NCBI GenBank assembly: GCA_010909165.1
Contig: MU008152.1
Location: forward strand, 434,001 to 498,000
Reading direction: 5' to 3'
Length of the DNA: 64,000 bases
Source: Anthoceros angustus
Lineage: Eukaryota; Plantae; Anthocerotophyta
Below the pieces are notes generated by a model. That model did no database searches. It saw only the letters and a program-made list of their open reading frames with translations, and had not been told where the DNA came from. Below are positions 23,858 to 35,599 of this stretch, one piece after another; position 1 is the first letter of the stretch, and each line of letters starts with the position of its first letter. A program made the position numbers and the translations under genes.

Positions 23858-24649
23858 ATATACGTCGAACGGCCTAAGGGTCTAACTTGTTCCTGAGATG
23901 AGATGGCACATAGGAGTAAGCTGGGGACCAAAAAATGCGCAAGTGAGAAATAAGAGGCTTCTTTCCTGTCCATCGTTCATAAGGAGTCGTTAAACCTAGC
24001 TTCTTAGAGGGCAGTCTATTCTGAACATGATTGGAGGCCATAAGAGCCTCTGCCCAGTATCCACGAGTAAGACCAGCAACTGATAGACTGGAAAGAGTGG
24101 CCTCTTGCAAATTTCTGTTCTTGCATTCTGCAAAAGCATTCTGCGCTGGAGTGTAAGAGATTGTGAACTGATGGATGACTCCCTCTGCAGTACAAAGGTC
24201 ACGAAAGGTGTGACTAGTGTATTCTCCTTCGTTGTCCGTATGTAGGATCTTGAGGTGTGCTGCAGTCTTGTCGGTGTGCCATTGCCAAATATAGCTAAAA
24301 CATATCAAAAGCCTTGCTCTTATGTTGAAGGACATATATGGTATAGTATCGGCTCCATTCATCTAGAAGCACTGGACATTGAGCCACAGATATCATTATG
24401 TACAGTATGGAGGAGTCCAATGGCTCTCGATAGATGCTGATCCTTAAAGGGTTGAGAGATGGCTTTACTGGTTTGACAAGCATCGCAAAACGCTTGATTA
24501 TCAAAATGAAATACTAAGGGATCTCTATATATAGACCCATTAACAAGGTGGGAAAGACGTTGGAAGTTAACATGTCCAAGTCTACAATGCCATAACTGTG
24601 TAGGAGACAAAATAAAACCTTGAGCTATTCGAGCAGACTCATGGGGTAT
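23858..24649 (-). mobile_element. Host Copia GAG-pre-integrase and integrase region
   Basis: LWHCRLGHVN, FCDACQTSK, HNDICG, LHTDNEGEY, YTPAQNAFAECKNRNL, WAEALMASNHVQNRLP, TPYERWTGKKP. Confidence 0.9.
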
Positions 24650-27600
24650 TGTTAAAATCCTAGCAGTAGGATTGTGCATCTCTTGTATCTAGTCTAGCAT
24701 TATCGAGATGCTATGCTCACAAAGATATTTCGTGTTGAATTAGCTATAAGGTGTATACAAAGTGTGTCTTAAATAGTGTCTGTGGGTGTCTCTTCCGAAG
24801 AGGCACACCCGTTCGTTATTACTAAATACTATTAATTACTACTACCAGAACCAGCTGACTTATGGTTATGGATGATTAATTGTTTTGTAACACTCCTCTG
24901 TCGGACGAACTAACAGAGTGGAGACTATCTCCCATGGAGCGCGACGCTCCTCTATGGTGCGCTCCCTTTGAAGGGTAATGAAAGCTTGTACAGGCCGTCT
25001 TGAGGCACGGCACTGAATAGGCACAAGTCATGACTTGTGGTCTTGAAAAAGTAGCATGACCCTCTTGAAACGAGCATCTCAAGATCGCCTTGCTTCAGCA
25101 GCTGAGTCATGGAAACCAGGTTCTTGCCCATTTGTGGGACGAGGAGCACAGGCTCCAAGGTAAGCACCGAACCGTCCTCGAGGGGAAATTCGCAAATGCC
25201 TTGTCCCATAATTGGCAGGCTGGATCTACTCCGTTCGTCACCAAGTAAAACCCTTTCCCTGAGAGGATGAGTATCCAGCTTGGTGAATAGAGTACGATCG
25301 TTGCATATGTGGGCGGTGGCTCCACTGTCCACATACCACCCCGCATCCTGATGCAACTGGGTGTTGAGGCAAACCATAAGTATCTTTACGGTCTTTGCCT
25401 CCGCTATACTGGCGCTCCTCTATGGTGCGCTCCCTTTGAAGGGTAATGAAAGCTTGTACAGGCCGTCTTGAGGCACGGCACTGAATAGGCACAAGTCATG
25501 ACTTGTGGTCTTGAAAAAGTAGCATGACCCTCTTGAAACGAGCATCTCAAGATCGCCTTGCTTCAGCAGCTGAGTCATGGAAACCAGGTTCTTGCCCATT
25601 TGTGGGACGAGGAGCACAGGCTCCAAGGTAAGCACCGAACCGTCCTCGAGGGGAAATTCGCAAATGCCTTGTCCCATAATTGGCGGTGGATCTACTGGTT
25701 CGTCACCAAGTAAAACCCTTTCCACAGAGGATGAGTATCCGACTTGGTGAATAGAGTACGATCGTTGCATATGTGGGCGTGGCTCCACTGTCCACATACC
25801 ACCCCGCATCTGATGCGGTGTTGAGGCAAACCATAAGTATCTTCTGGTCTTTGCCTCATATCTGGCGCTCCTCTAACGCACATCTTGGCTGCCTCTTAAG
25901 TCGGCTCTCCAGCCTCTCTCTTGCGGCACTCTCGTGCCCAATGGCCGGCAGCTCCGCACCAATTGCAGTTTCCGGCTCGGCGAGGAAGAGCGGAGGTTGA
26001 GTCACCTTTAGGTTTGAAGTTTGCCTTGCCCTTCGAATTCCTCCCGGGCTTGAAATAGGTGGAAAGCGCCCTGTCTGCATCGGGCTTGGACCCTCCTGCA
26101 GAGCTAAGGCGGCTCTGCCTCCGCCGATCTGAGTAATCGATAATATCTTCCATTGTAAGGGTGGAGGGTGTACTTGACTTACCATGAGTCGATACCAACA
26201 TCAGGCTGGTCACAAAGTTATGGTTAGACGGTGGTAATCTCATTAACAGCTATGCAGCGGCATCGGTCTCCGACATGGTTGAGCCAAGGGAGGCGAGCTG
26301 CCCTCGCAGCTATTTGAACTTCGAGGTGTGGGTAGAAATCGCATCGGTCTCCTTCATCCTTAAGGAGTTGAATTCCTGCCGTACACTGTACAAGGTCAGA
26401 ACATTATTAACATTGTAGGTGTTAGACAACCGTCCCCAGAAGCCTCCGTGAGGAACTCCACGATGGGCACCAGGCTTGAGTCGAGTCCGCTGATGAGGAG
26501 GGCAATTGCAATCCCATTCAAGTAGTCCCATCTTTCAATACCAGCAACTGATGGGGGAGGTGTGGTTGAAGAGGTAGGCTTCGGAAGGGTGCCATCGACA
26601 ATCTTCCAAACACCTCGACCTATCAGTATGGACTTCATGCGAACTCGCCACACGGGGTAGTGTTGGCCATTGAATCGATCTTTCTCTTTAACTGGGTCGT
26701 GAAGACTTGCATCACTGCTGTGGGAGGAGGTACTGCCATGGAAGCGGTAGCGTCGGCGAAAGCGAGTTGAAGTGTTGTATAAGGTGATTCACCACGTCTC
26801 GTAAGTTGTGGTCATAAGACTTCAAGTTGAATCCTCGTCGCTTGTTGGTGTTGCGAGATCTCAAGAATATAGCTATCCGTCTCGACTTGTTTTTAATTTC
26901 TCCGTGAGAATTCTCCCCACCTTTTTTTTGCTCTGAGCTGCCCCTGGTCGCTTCTCCTCATATATGATTATATATATACATATATATTTTGAAAACGGTA
27001 TATTGTAAACCATGTCGGGTTAGTGTGGTGGTTGGTCCATCGGCCTAAGAGTTGGAGGTTGTGGTTGAATTCTACAAGTTAGGTAGGATTAGTTTTGGGC
27101 AACTAAAGTTGTATTAAGCCGCCGACCTCCGCCCACTCGGCGCGCCTGCGGACGCGGCGGCCGGGGGCGGCCCGTAGGCGGGCTCCACGCCGCTTCGCCG
27201 GCCTCGCCTCCGCCAACGCGCCCGGCTGGGAGGCCTCCCACGCCCGCGCACCGCCGTGCTCGGCACGATCCGCGGGGATGGTGGGAGGTCGCTGGGCGCA
27301 CCACCGCACGCCAGGCGCCCGCTGCACAACGCCGCGCCGGGCGCACACGCGACGCCCCGAGCGCACCACGCCGACGCCTGGGGTGAGGGCGCGGGATCGC
27401 CGCCTCCCTCACGGCTAGGGTGAGGCCAAATTGCTCTCTTGCCCGGAATTACCGCCATATCCAGATTTCCTTGAGCTGCACAGATGCATACGCATCAAGA
27501 TGGCTTCAATGCGGAGGAGGCTTTCAATTGTGTTATTTTGTTGAATTCCACCGTCGATGGAATTCACAGCATCATGTTATCTCGCAGGTGTAATTGGTGG

Positions 27601-28129
27601 GGGCCGTAGGTCCAAGCTTGCTGCAGTCCAGATCGTGGTGCCGCCAGAGTAGAAATTGAAGAAACTGCCGGCTACCGAGGTGGTGGGCCTAAATGCAACG
27701 ATGGAGCCTCACGGCAGCTGTGCACAAGGCTATTGTAGGCTCGTGGGTCATTCTCCGTCGAGGCGACCATGTGCCTTGGTTTGCATGCCACGACAGCCTC
27801 CATGTTGAGAACTTCTACAATGGGATCTGCAGATCTCCTTAGACTCCTGTGAGGATCATAAGCATGATGTAGGCTCTGATACCATGTTAAAATCCTAGCA
27901 GAGGATTGTGCATCTCTTGTATCTAGTCTAGCATTATCGAGATGCTATGCTCACAAAGATATTTCGTGTTGAATTAGCTATAAGGTGTATACAAAGTGTG
28001 TCTTAAATAGTGTCTGTGGGTGTCTCTTCCGAAGAGGCACACCCGTTCGTAATTACTAAATACTATTAATTACGGTCTACGGTAACTAGCGGACGGTATG
28101 GTTACGGACAGATTAATTGTTTTGTAACA
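24650..28129 (-). mobile_element. Non-autonomous LTR retrotransposon (gag + protease only, TR-GAG-like), nested insertion
   Basis: LTRs 24650-24892 and 27885-28129 (TGTTACA...TTTTAACA on minus); TSD GGTAT at 24645-24649 and 28130-28134; PBS 27873-27884; PPT AGAGGAG at about 24893. gag 26700-25900 with CNWCGAAGHWAREC; protease WYVDSGATAHIC (duplicated 24950-25860); no INT, RT or RNase H. Confidence 0.9.
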
Positions 28130-28134
28130 GGTAT

Positions 28135-29703
28135 GATAGACCGGACATTAAGCAAATAGAGATCATTGTAGGGAACACCAATAATTACATCACCTCTATG
28201 AGAAGGACGAGTGACTGAACAGCCTAAATGGTCAAATTAAACAAACCTGGCAGGAATGCTCATCTGTGAGCTTGATGACAGACATTGAGTTTTTAGTCAT
28301 GGAAGGAACAAATAGGACAACGGACAAAATGAGCAATGCTGAATTAGGTAGTTGTATCGGTACAGTACCCGAACCTTTTATGGCTAAGCCACTATCATCA
28401 CTCAAGAGAATGAATGGGTGACTATCAACAGAGGGGTTGAAGGTGGAAAATGCACGTCTGTCAAAACAAATATGGCTTGTCGCTCCAGAGTCGAGGAACC
28501 ACATGTCAGTCTGAATCTGAACTAAAGATAAGCAAACTGCTAGTATTGAGGCACCTTTTGATGAAACGGCTCTATTGATTGCCATGTTCGACTATGGTAC
28601 TCCAACCTCCTTCCTTGGTTCTCTAGCAGTCTTTCTCATAATGTCCTGGGATATTACACCAATTACAAGTAAAGGTTCGCCGTTGGAGGTTGGGTAGTCT
28701 CATAGTTGATGGAGAACCAAGTCCCCTACCTCCTCCGCGATAGCTTCCGCGACCACGACCCGAAAAGAGGACTCTGGAACTCTGGCCAGTTTGTGTCTTG
28801 GGCTTGTGGAACCCTCAAGTCCTCTCTTCTGCAAGGAGGGTTCCTAAAACCTCTTCAAGGGAGAATGAAGGAGTTGATCCTGCAGCAGTTGCCAGCACTA
28901 CTGCACGTATTGTGGCATTCTATCGGCTAACAGAGTGTATCAATAGCTGTCCGGTAAGGATGATAGCAGGCTGACAGCAACCTGGACTTCAGAAAAAATA
29001 GTGCCATAATAAGCCAAGTTAGCACGGTGAGTGGGAAACTTGTTGATATAGGACTCCACTGTATCCTGCCCCTTCATCTGCAAGTTGAAGAAGTCTCGGA
29101 AGGCTTAATGATGCCGAACTCTTATCCTTGTATATCAGTTTGAAGTTGTTCCATACAGCAGCTGAACTCTCAGCCCCAAGAGGATGAGGCATCATTGTCT
29201 TGTCAAGAGAAGCTATGAGGATAGACCGGGCTCTCCTGCCTTTCCTTTGCCATGCCAGTATATCTGCAGCATTTGTATTGTTGGGTTGGCATTGAGGAAT
29301 TTGCTCAGTCCCATCAACCACTCCCATCAGCTCATTGTCTTCAAGTATTTGGGTCAACCTCATGGCCCAAATACCGTAATGATTTCCATTGAACCTATCC
29401 CGGTCCTTAAACTCGATCTTGAGTGTCCCAGTCAATCATCGCCATGGCTTGATGCTGATTTGTGAAGTCATGCCTCAAATCACTCCCCGCACTAGCATCA
29501 ATACCACCATTAGTATTACGAGTACTAGGGTCTGCATTTTCTCTGATATTGAAAAAGGGCGTTGAGCGAGTGGAAGTAGGTGATGGAGATTCTGTTCCAG
29601 AGAAAACTTCATCATATGCTTCTTCAGCATTTACAATTCCACCAACGTCCAAGTCGACCTCTTCATTAGAATCAGGATGACTCGACGAAGAACCTGGGAA
29701 CAT
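28135..29703 (-). mobile_element. Host Copia gag and protease (degenerate)
   Basis: KDRDRFNGNHYGIWAMRL, CWQLLQD/CCFTC-type knuckle relic, WFLDSGATSHIC. An acidic ORF at 29703-29407 precedes and overlaps the gag start. Confidence 0.85.
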
Positions 29704-29984
29704 GTCACAACTTGTAGAGACAATCAGCGATGGGCCGCTCTTTGGCGGCGGTAAGTGAGTCGGGATGCAAGAGAGACAAACTCTTCACTTTCATGACATT
29801 CACAAGCCAAATTCAATTGCTTGATGCCTGCGTTGAGGGTTTCAACCAAATCCTGTAGCTGGCATATCATAGCGCTAGCTTCTAGAGCCCTACAGCAACT
29901 GAATGAACTTCACGAACCAGAGACCAATCCACACCCATAGCCGGAGGGGATTTTATACAAATATATAAAATCTGCGGTTATTGT

Positions 29985-30180
29985 TGCGGTTGAGTGTTAT
30001 GCCCTAGGTGTTGCGGTTGAGTGTTATGCCCTAGGTGTTGCGCTGAATGCTAGGCCCTAGATGTTGCGAGTGTGCCCTAGATGTTGCGTATGCCCTAGAT
30101 GTTGCGTTGAGTGTTATGCCCTAGGTGTTGCGGTTGAGTGTTATGCCCTAGATGTTGCGGTTGAGTGTTATGCCCCATTT
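29985..30180. repeat. 27-bp tandem repeat GGTTGAGTGTTATGCCCTAG(G/A)TGTTGC
   Basis: About 7 units, some shortened. Confidence 0.9.
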
Positions 30181-30329
30181 GCGTTAAACATTGACCACGT
30201 ATTTGTGAAGTTATGCCCTATGTGGTGTGGTGATTGTTGCTTGAGATGGTGGGATTATTTGAGATGGTTGATTGATTGTGTGATTGTTGTGAGCTCTATT
30301 ACATGTTCGTGAGTCCATTTTCATCTGAT

Positions 30330-33240
30330 TCTTTATACGCTTTTCGGTTGGGCTTCTTTCTCTGAGGATCTCCCGGCTTTTGAGTCTTGAGTTCTGGTGT
30401 GGGCGTTAGTTTGGTGGTTGGCGGTGGTCACATGGGTTGCACCCCTCTTGGCTGGGGCCCTTTGGCGGCCTTTTGGGGTTCGCCATACGACTCAAACTCT
30501 GTATGTCGGTCAGTGGTCATTTGCCCTCGGTCCCGGTACCTCTTGACCTGTACCCTTCAAGCGTTTGCGGGCCCTTTTCGTCCCCCATCCAATGGGGCGA
30601 TCCACACCCTCCGTGGTATGGACACTCCTTGTCGATCATGCTCAACTCTCTGCGTCAAGGGGTGAAAACTCACCTCGGGCACATGCATAAAGATTTCGAC
30701 CGGACTACAGGCTGCCCAAGTGCAGCTGCGACCTCCTCCACGTCCCGCTCGGCGCCGATAGCTTTCTCCTTGTGGTGCCTCTTTCTTCACAGGAATGGTT
30801 GCGGTCGGTGGATCACATCCTTGGGATGTTGAAACCCGCTTTCCATGTCCGCATCTTCCGCAGCTTCCTCGGCACCTTCACGATGATGCCGTCGGCATTT
30901 CGTCTTCCCTAGATCGCCTTGCACTCGATCCCGGATGAGCTTGGTGTCTCCTCCTTCTTCTCCCGATGGTGTCTTTGCACTAGGGGGCTTGAGCAAGTGA
31001 AGTTGCTAGCCGTCTTGGCGTTTTGGGGCGGCTCTTGAGGAGGGCTGCGTCTTTGCCAAGTCCCGGAATCGCTCGTTGGAGCAGTCGGGTAATGCAACAA
31101 ACCTCGCGCTGTTGCTTGGCAGGCGGGTGATATGCCGTGTTGCTAGGGCTCTTGACCCGTCCTCGGCCTCCGCTTGAAGAGACAATTGCTGCCCTCCGTG
31201 CCTCCATCCGCCACCTAAGGATGCCATTCCCGGACATATCCGACTATGTCCCGGAGGATCCCTTCTCCACTGGGCGGCTTTTGCTCGCTCTCCACAACCC
31301 TCGTCTTTCATCGGTTTGTCGGGAATGGTGTTCGAACACCTTAGGGACCTCTTTCTCCCGAAGATCCATCCGGCTTTCGAGCTCTTTTCTCTGCAGTGGC
31401 TCGTGGAGAGATGCCTCACTTCGGTGTTCTTGCGGCTAGTAGGCTTGTCGCTATGGACAAGCACACTCTCGGCGTCGCCCACTCGCGGTTGGGGAGGCCT
31501 TCATGCGGCTACTCGGCCGCACTATATCTGCGGTGCGCTCCCTTCTCCACACTTCAACCCCTTCAATTTGGCATTGCCACTCAGGGGGGCTGCAGTGCAT
31601 GGTGCTAGGGGTGGCTTGCCTTGATACCCACCCGGATTGGGTAGTCTTACGGTGGATGTCGAGCGCCTTCAATACCATTTCCGGGCGTCATCTTTGAGGA
31701 GCTTAGGGATCTTGTGGCGTCTAGGAGTCTTATACCCTTTGTCCGGTGCTTCTCGGAGGTCCTCCAACCTCTACTACCGGCAAACGTCTCTTGAGTTTTC
31801 GCCGTCTCGTCTTGGAATCGGCCACGGTGCCGAGCAAGGCCGGCGGTGCTCTCTTCGCTATTGCTCACTATAGGGCCTGTCTAGGGCCGCCCTCTCCAGC
31901 GGCTGTGTCTTCCCGCGTTGGCGGATTCTCACATCCTGCCCGGGACAAAGTCAAGGAGGCCTTTGAGATATTCTCTTCCGAGCCAGGGCTTGAAGGTCAA
32001 GATGTCCAAGTGCAGCGTCGGTCTCCGTCGGGGATCACGCCTACTCGGTTCTGCTGGGGAATTGCTCGGCTCTTGATGCAGTTCTTGGGGTCCCCTTTGG
32101 TTCCAGACTTCATTGGGAGCTTCGACAAGGCCCTTGCAGAGGACCTCTCCCATATTGGGGACCTCCCTTTCTTTGGAGGATGCTCGGGTGGCCTTTGGAA
32201 TCCTTTCCTTGTTTGCTAGGCGCCTGGTACCTCATCATCTGTTGCCTCAGTCTCGGTCCTTTTGTCCGGCTCGGGGTTTGATCTGAAGATTATGGATACT
32301 CTTGGGGACATCTTGGGCTCGGGGCTTTTGAGTGCCACAGGGGCGTCAGCCCCAGCAAGCATCTGCTGCAATTTGGGCGTGGGGTCTCATCGGAGGTCTC
32401 TTCGGCGGCTTTCTTGGGGAGTTGGGCCCTCTGCCTTGGCTTCCGTTTCATCCTCCATGACAAGCCCTTTCTCGAGGATCTCGTATCAAGTGTGGAGGAG
32501 GGAACCTTCTCTCTCGTCCTTGAGGCGGGCCGAGACATGTTATCGGAGATGCTCGGAAGGACTTCCTCCTTTCTCTACATTTATCAGATGGCTTTAGGGA
32601 TTGCAGGCATCTACGCGAAGCGGCTCGGCCGAGCTTTTATCATCCTCCGGACCCCTCCATCTCGAGTCCACTAGGCGGCTCGCTCTTGTTAGGAAGGAGG
32701 CGGGTGCTTGGCTCGCCCATGCATCAGGATTTCACATCGCACCAACCACCTTCACTCTGCGATGCGATTCCGTCTCGGCCTACTCCGACTGTGGCTTCTT
32801 CGCTCCTCACTTGTGAGTGCGGCTCTGCCCTTGGCGTCTCACGGTGTCCACCTTGCTCGTTGTCCCCACAGTCGCCGCATTGCCACTCACGCGCCATCCG
32901 TGGCGTCATGTTTGCCATTGCTCGCAGTGGCTATATGGCTGGAGGGCGGGAGTATACTCTTCTTACAGTCGTTCAATCGAGGCGGACTTATACCTTGTCG
33001 TGGCGACGGGTTGTGGTGGCGGATGTAGTGGTTCTTGACCACACTGCGTGGCGCCACCTCGTGTCATCACCAAGTCGGTGGGCTGCCGTCTGACTCTCAA
33101 GGTCCGCATAAGTGCGGGATGCAAGCGGGCCACCTCTTTATCCGCTTGCTCTAGAAGCGTATGGGGCAATGGGCGGGGACTTTGACAAATTAAATCAGTC
33201 TTGTGCCAAAGCTTACCATCGCGCCAGCAGTGTGGACTAC
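30330..33240 (+). mobile_element. CRE-like non-LTR retrotransposon, degenerate and 3'-truncated
   Basis: Frameshifted RT motifs LAASRLVAMDK, LAVGEAFMRLLGR, LQPLQFGIATQGGC, VDVERAFNTISR, LFAIAHYRA; FRLG..CECG..HLARC zinc finger; REL region ADVVV, KVRKY, FIPLALEAYG. Confidence 0.75.
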
Positions 33241-33289
33241 GGACTTCGGGGTTATTAGGTAGGGTTTTGTTTTGTAGGAGTAAAGGATA

Positions 33290-34126
33290 AAATGAGGCTA
33301 AAAAGGGAAATAAGCATGGTTAGCACTCCGGGGCACTCGGAGTATACTCGGACTCGGAGTGAGGGCATACCTAGGCCTACGATGGCGGGCGGCAGTAGCA
33401 GGATAAGTGGGACCCACTCCGGACCGAGGCGGGATAAATCGCGAAGTAACTTAAGTTGGTAGTAAGGGCCGGACTGGCGGCACGTGGGCGACCACAGAGT
33501 GGAGGGCGGGCATCGTGGTCGGGACCGTAACCTTGCCAGGCGTTATAGCGGTATTCACGCGCGCGTGGCGAGCAGTCTGTGGCGTAAGGCGTCTGGCGGC
33601 GTAGGGCGGAAGCCAGACCTCGGCGATTCACAGACGAGGAAGGCGCCCTCAGCCCGGTTACTCCGGCGTGGTCGCGGAAGAAGGTCATTTATTTCGACCT
33701 CGAGACAATTCTCGCGATCCTTGCGCTCCATGATCCGGCTCTCTGGCGGTATCTCGTGGGACACTCGGGCGTCTTGGCAGCTCACGTTGAGGTCGGAGGC
33801 GGCGAGCGGCGGCGCAGCGTGCCGGCGATCTCGACAAGCGGCTGACAACCAAGGAGGAGGCGATGGCACCCAAAAGCCAGCGGAAGTTTGGGAGCCATGG
33901 AACCTTGGAGCAACATTGTGACCCGGCGCTATCGGACTTTGGGCTCACGGCTCCGAGGCGGGAGGTGGTGCGGGTGGCATTTGGATGTGTTCGGATAGTG
34001 CGGACATTTGATAGTGTCACTCACAGTCGGGAGTTGCGTGGGACTGTATGTGAGGACCTATAAAAGGAGGGAGCTTGTGAAGTAAAATTATCGTGTCTTG
34101 CGCCCCATCCTCCCGAGTCCTTCACT
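33290..34126. mobile_element. Fragment of the same Gypsy-like accessory-ORF family as 21-22.7 kb
   Basis: ACTCGGAG/CTCCGG repeats at 33320-33360, and MAPK(K)PAEVWEPW starting at about 33863 matches MGPKKAAEVWEPW at about 21760. Confidence 0.55.
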
Positions 34127-34127
34127 N
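34127..34127. other. Single N (assembly gap or join)
   Basis: An ambiguous base; the sequence on the two sides is unrelated. Confidence 0.9.
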
Positions 34128-35599
34128 GAGAGGCACAAAATACCAAAACCTCCTCCAGACAATCTTGTAGGGGCATAACCTCACGTGATGCGTCACAATA
34201 AGGTGATAGGTGGGGACATGGGGGCCATGGGTGGAAGCCGTTGGCTATTGGTGACGTGGAAGGACAAACCGCGCATGCTATAAAGTAGGGGTAGAAAGAG
34301 CCGCTATTTACACGTATAGTAAATACATAATCGTACCATGAATATGTATCATGTCGTATGGAATACGCATAGTATACAAACTTATTTTATATGAAATTGA
34401 ATACGCCTTATAGCACTTAGAATAATATATTACATTTATCGCCGTAGACTACATGTGTATAGTATAAGGATGTATTCGTACAGGTATTTATATATGGTCG
34501 TATTGAAGGGCGTATTGGTGGTAACTACCAAGTAAAACGTGGTATTGCCAAGGGCAAAAGTAAAAGGGGAATAGTGGATGGGGAGGAGGTTCGGTACCAA
34601 GCCTCCAAAAGTGTTACAAGACCTCTCTTGTAACACTTTAGATGTTGCAATCATGTTGCAATTTTGAGAGAGCAAAACCACCTCTCTTCATCTTAACATA
34701 ATTGCAACACCATTGCAACATGATTGCAACAACGGCCGTGGTATGGTTTCCAAGCCAAAGTGTAACAAGGCAAAAGTGTTACATGACCCCAAAATTGCAA
34801 CATGAGTGTTACATCCAGGGGTCCAAATCTTAACATAAAGTGTAACATAGGGTGCCCTTTTCTAGTAGGGCATGCTCCTGCAAAAACCTCACTGCCCACG
34901 GCACTCAAGCGCTAATGCTAGCCCCTCAGCCCACTCCCAGACTTGGTGATGCAGGGGTTCCTACCTCCCCAGACTCGCGAGCTTCCCGCCGCCACTAGGG
35001 CCTGCCTTCACTGACCTCGTCTTGGGGCTCGTGCCACCAGAATTATCTGGAGCTACCCTGCTGCCGCCGCGCCTGGTGCCTTTCCGAGTTCCCCTAGGGT
35101 TATATTCCCCTTGGAACTCTACGACCGCCAACCGGCTTCCCTACCACTTCTTCCTCCAGCGACCGCCCTTCCAGTTCCTCTACCGCCTTCGGAACATAGC
35201 TACCGCGCACCCAAGTCGATGACCACACACCAATTCAACTACCGCCCTAGCTGGTTCGACAACTAGCCTATGGACTTGATAGCCTCTGCCAAATATGAGG
35301 ACCCCCTTTCCCTTATATAGGCTTCTTATTAAATATTCCAAGACCGAAGGCCAAGGAGTACCAAGTTCATAGTCCAAGGACCGATTATTATCCAACCCAG
35401 AAAACAACCCAAAACTCATAGGCCAAGGACACTTTCTACTACAAATATTCCTTCCTGCTGACAACCTAGCTCTTCTTGACACCAAACTTCGCAAAAAAAA
35501 CAAAAAATCACCCAAAGACACAATCCAACTGGGAGTTTCCAAATACCAGATCGTTTATAGTCTCCCCTGCCAAATACTCCAAGGAACTTAAGGGCTGAA

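Noticed and set aside
27089-27458. Ala/Arg/Gly-rich ORFs in the GC island
   Set aside because: Open frames are expected from very high GC content, and there are no domain motifs.
33255-33270. TAGGGTTT and TTAGGG words as interstitial telomere or CRE target
   Set aside because: Isolated single units; too short to exceed chance.
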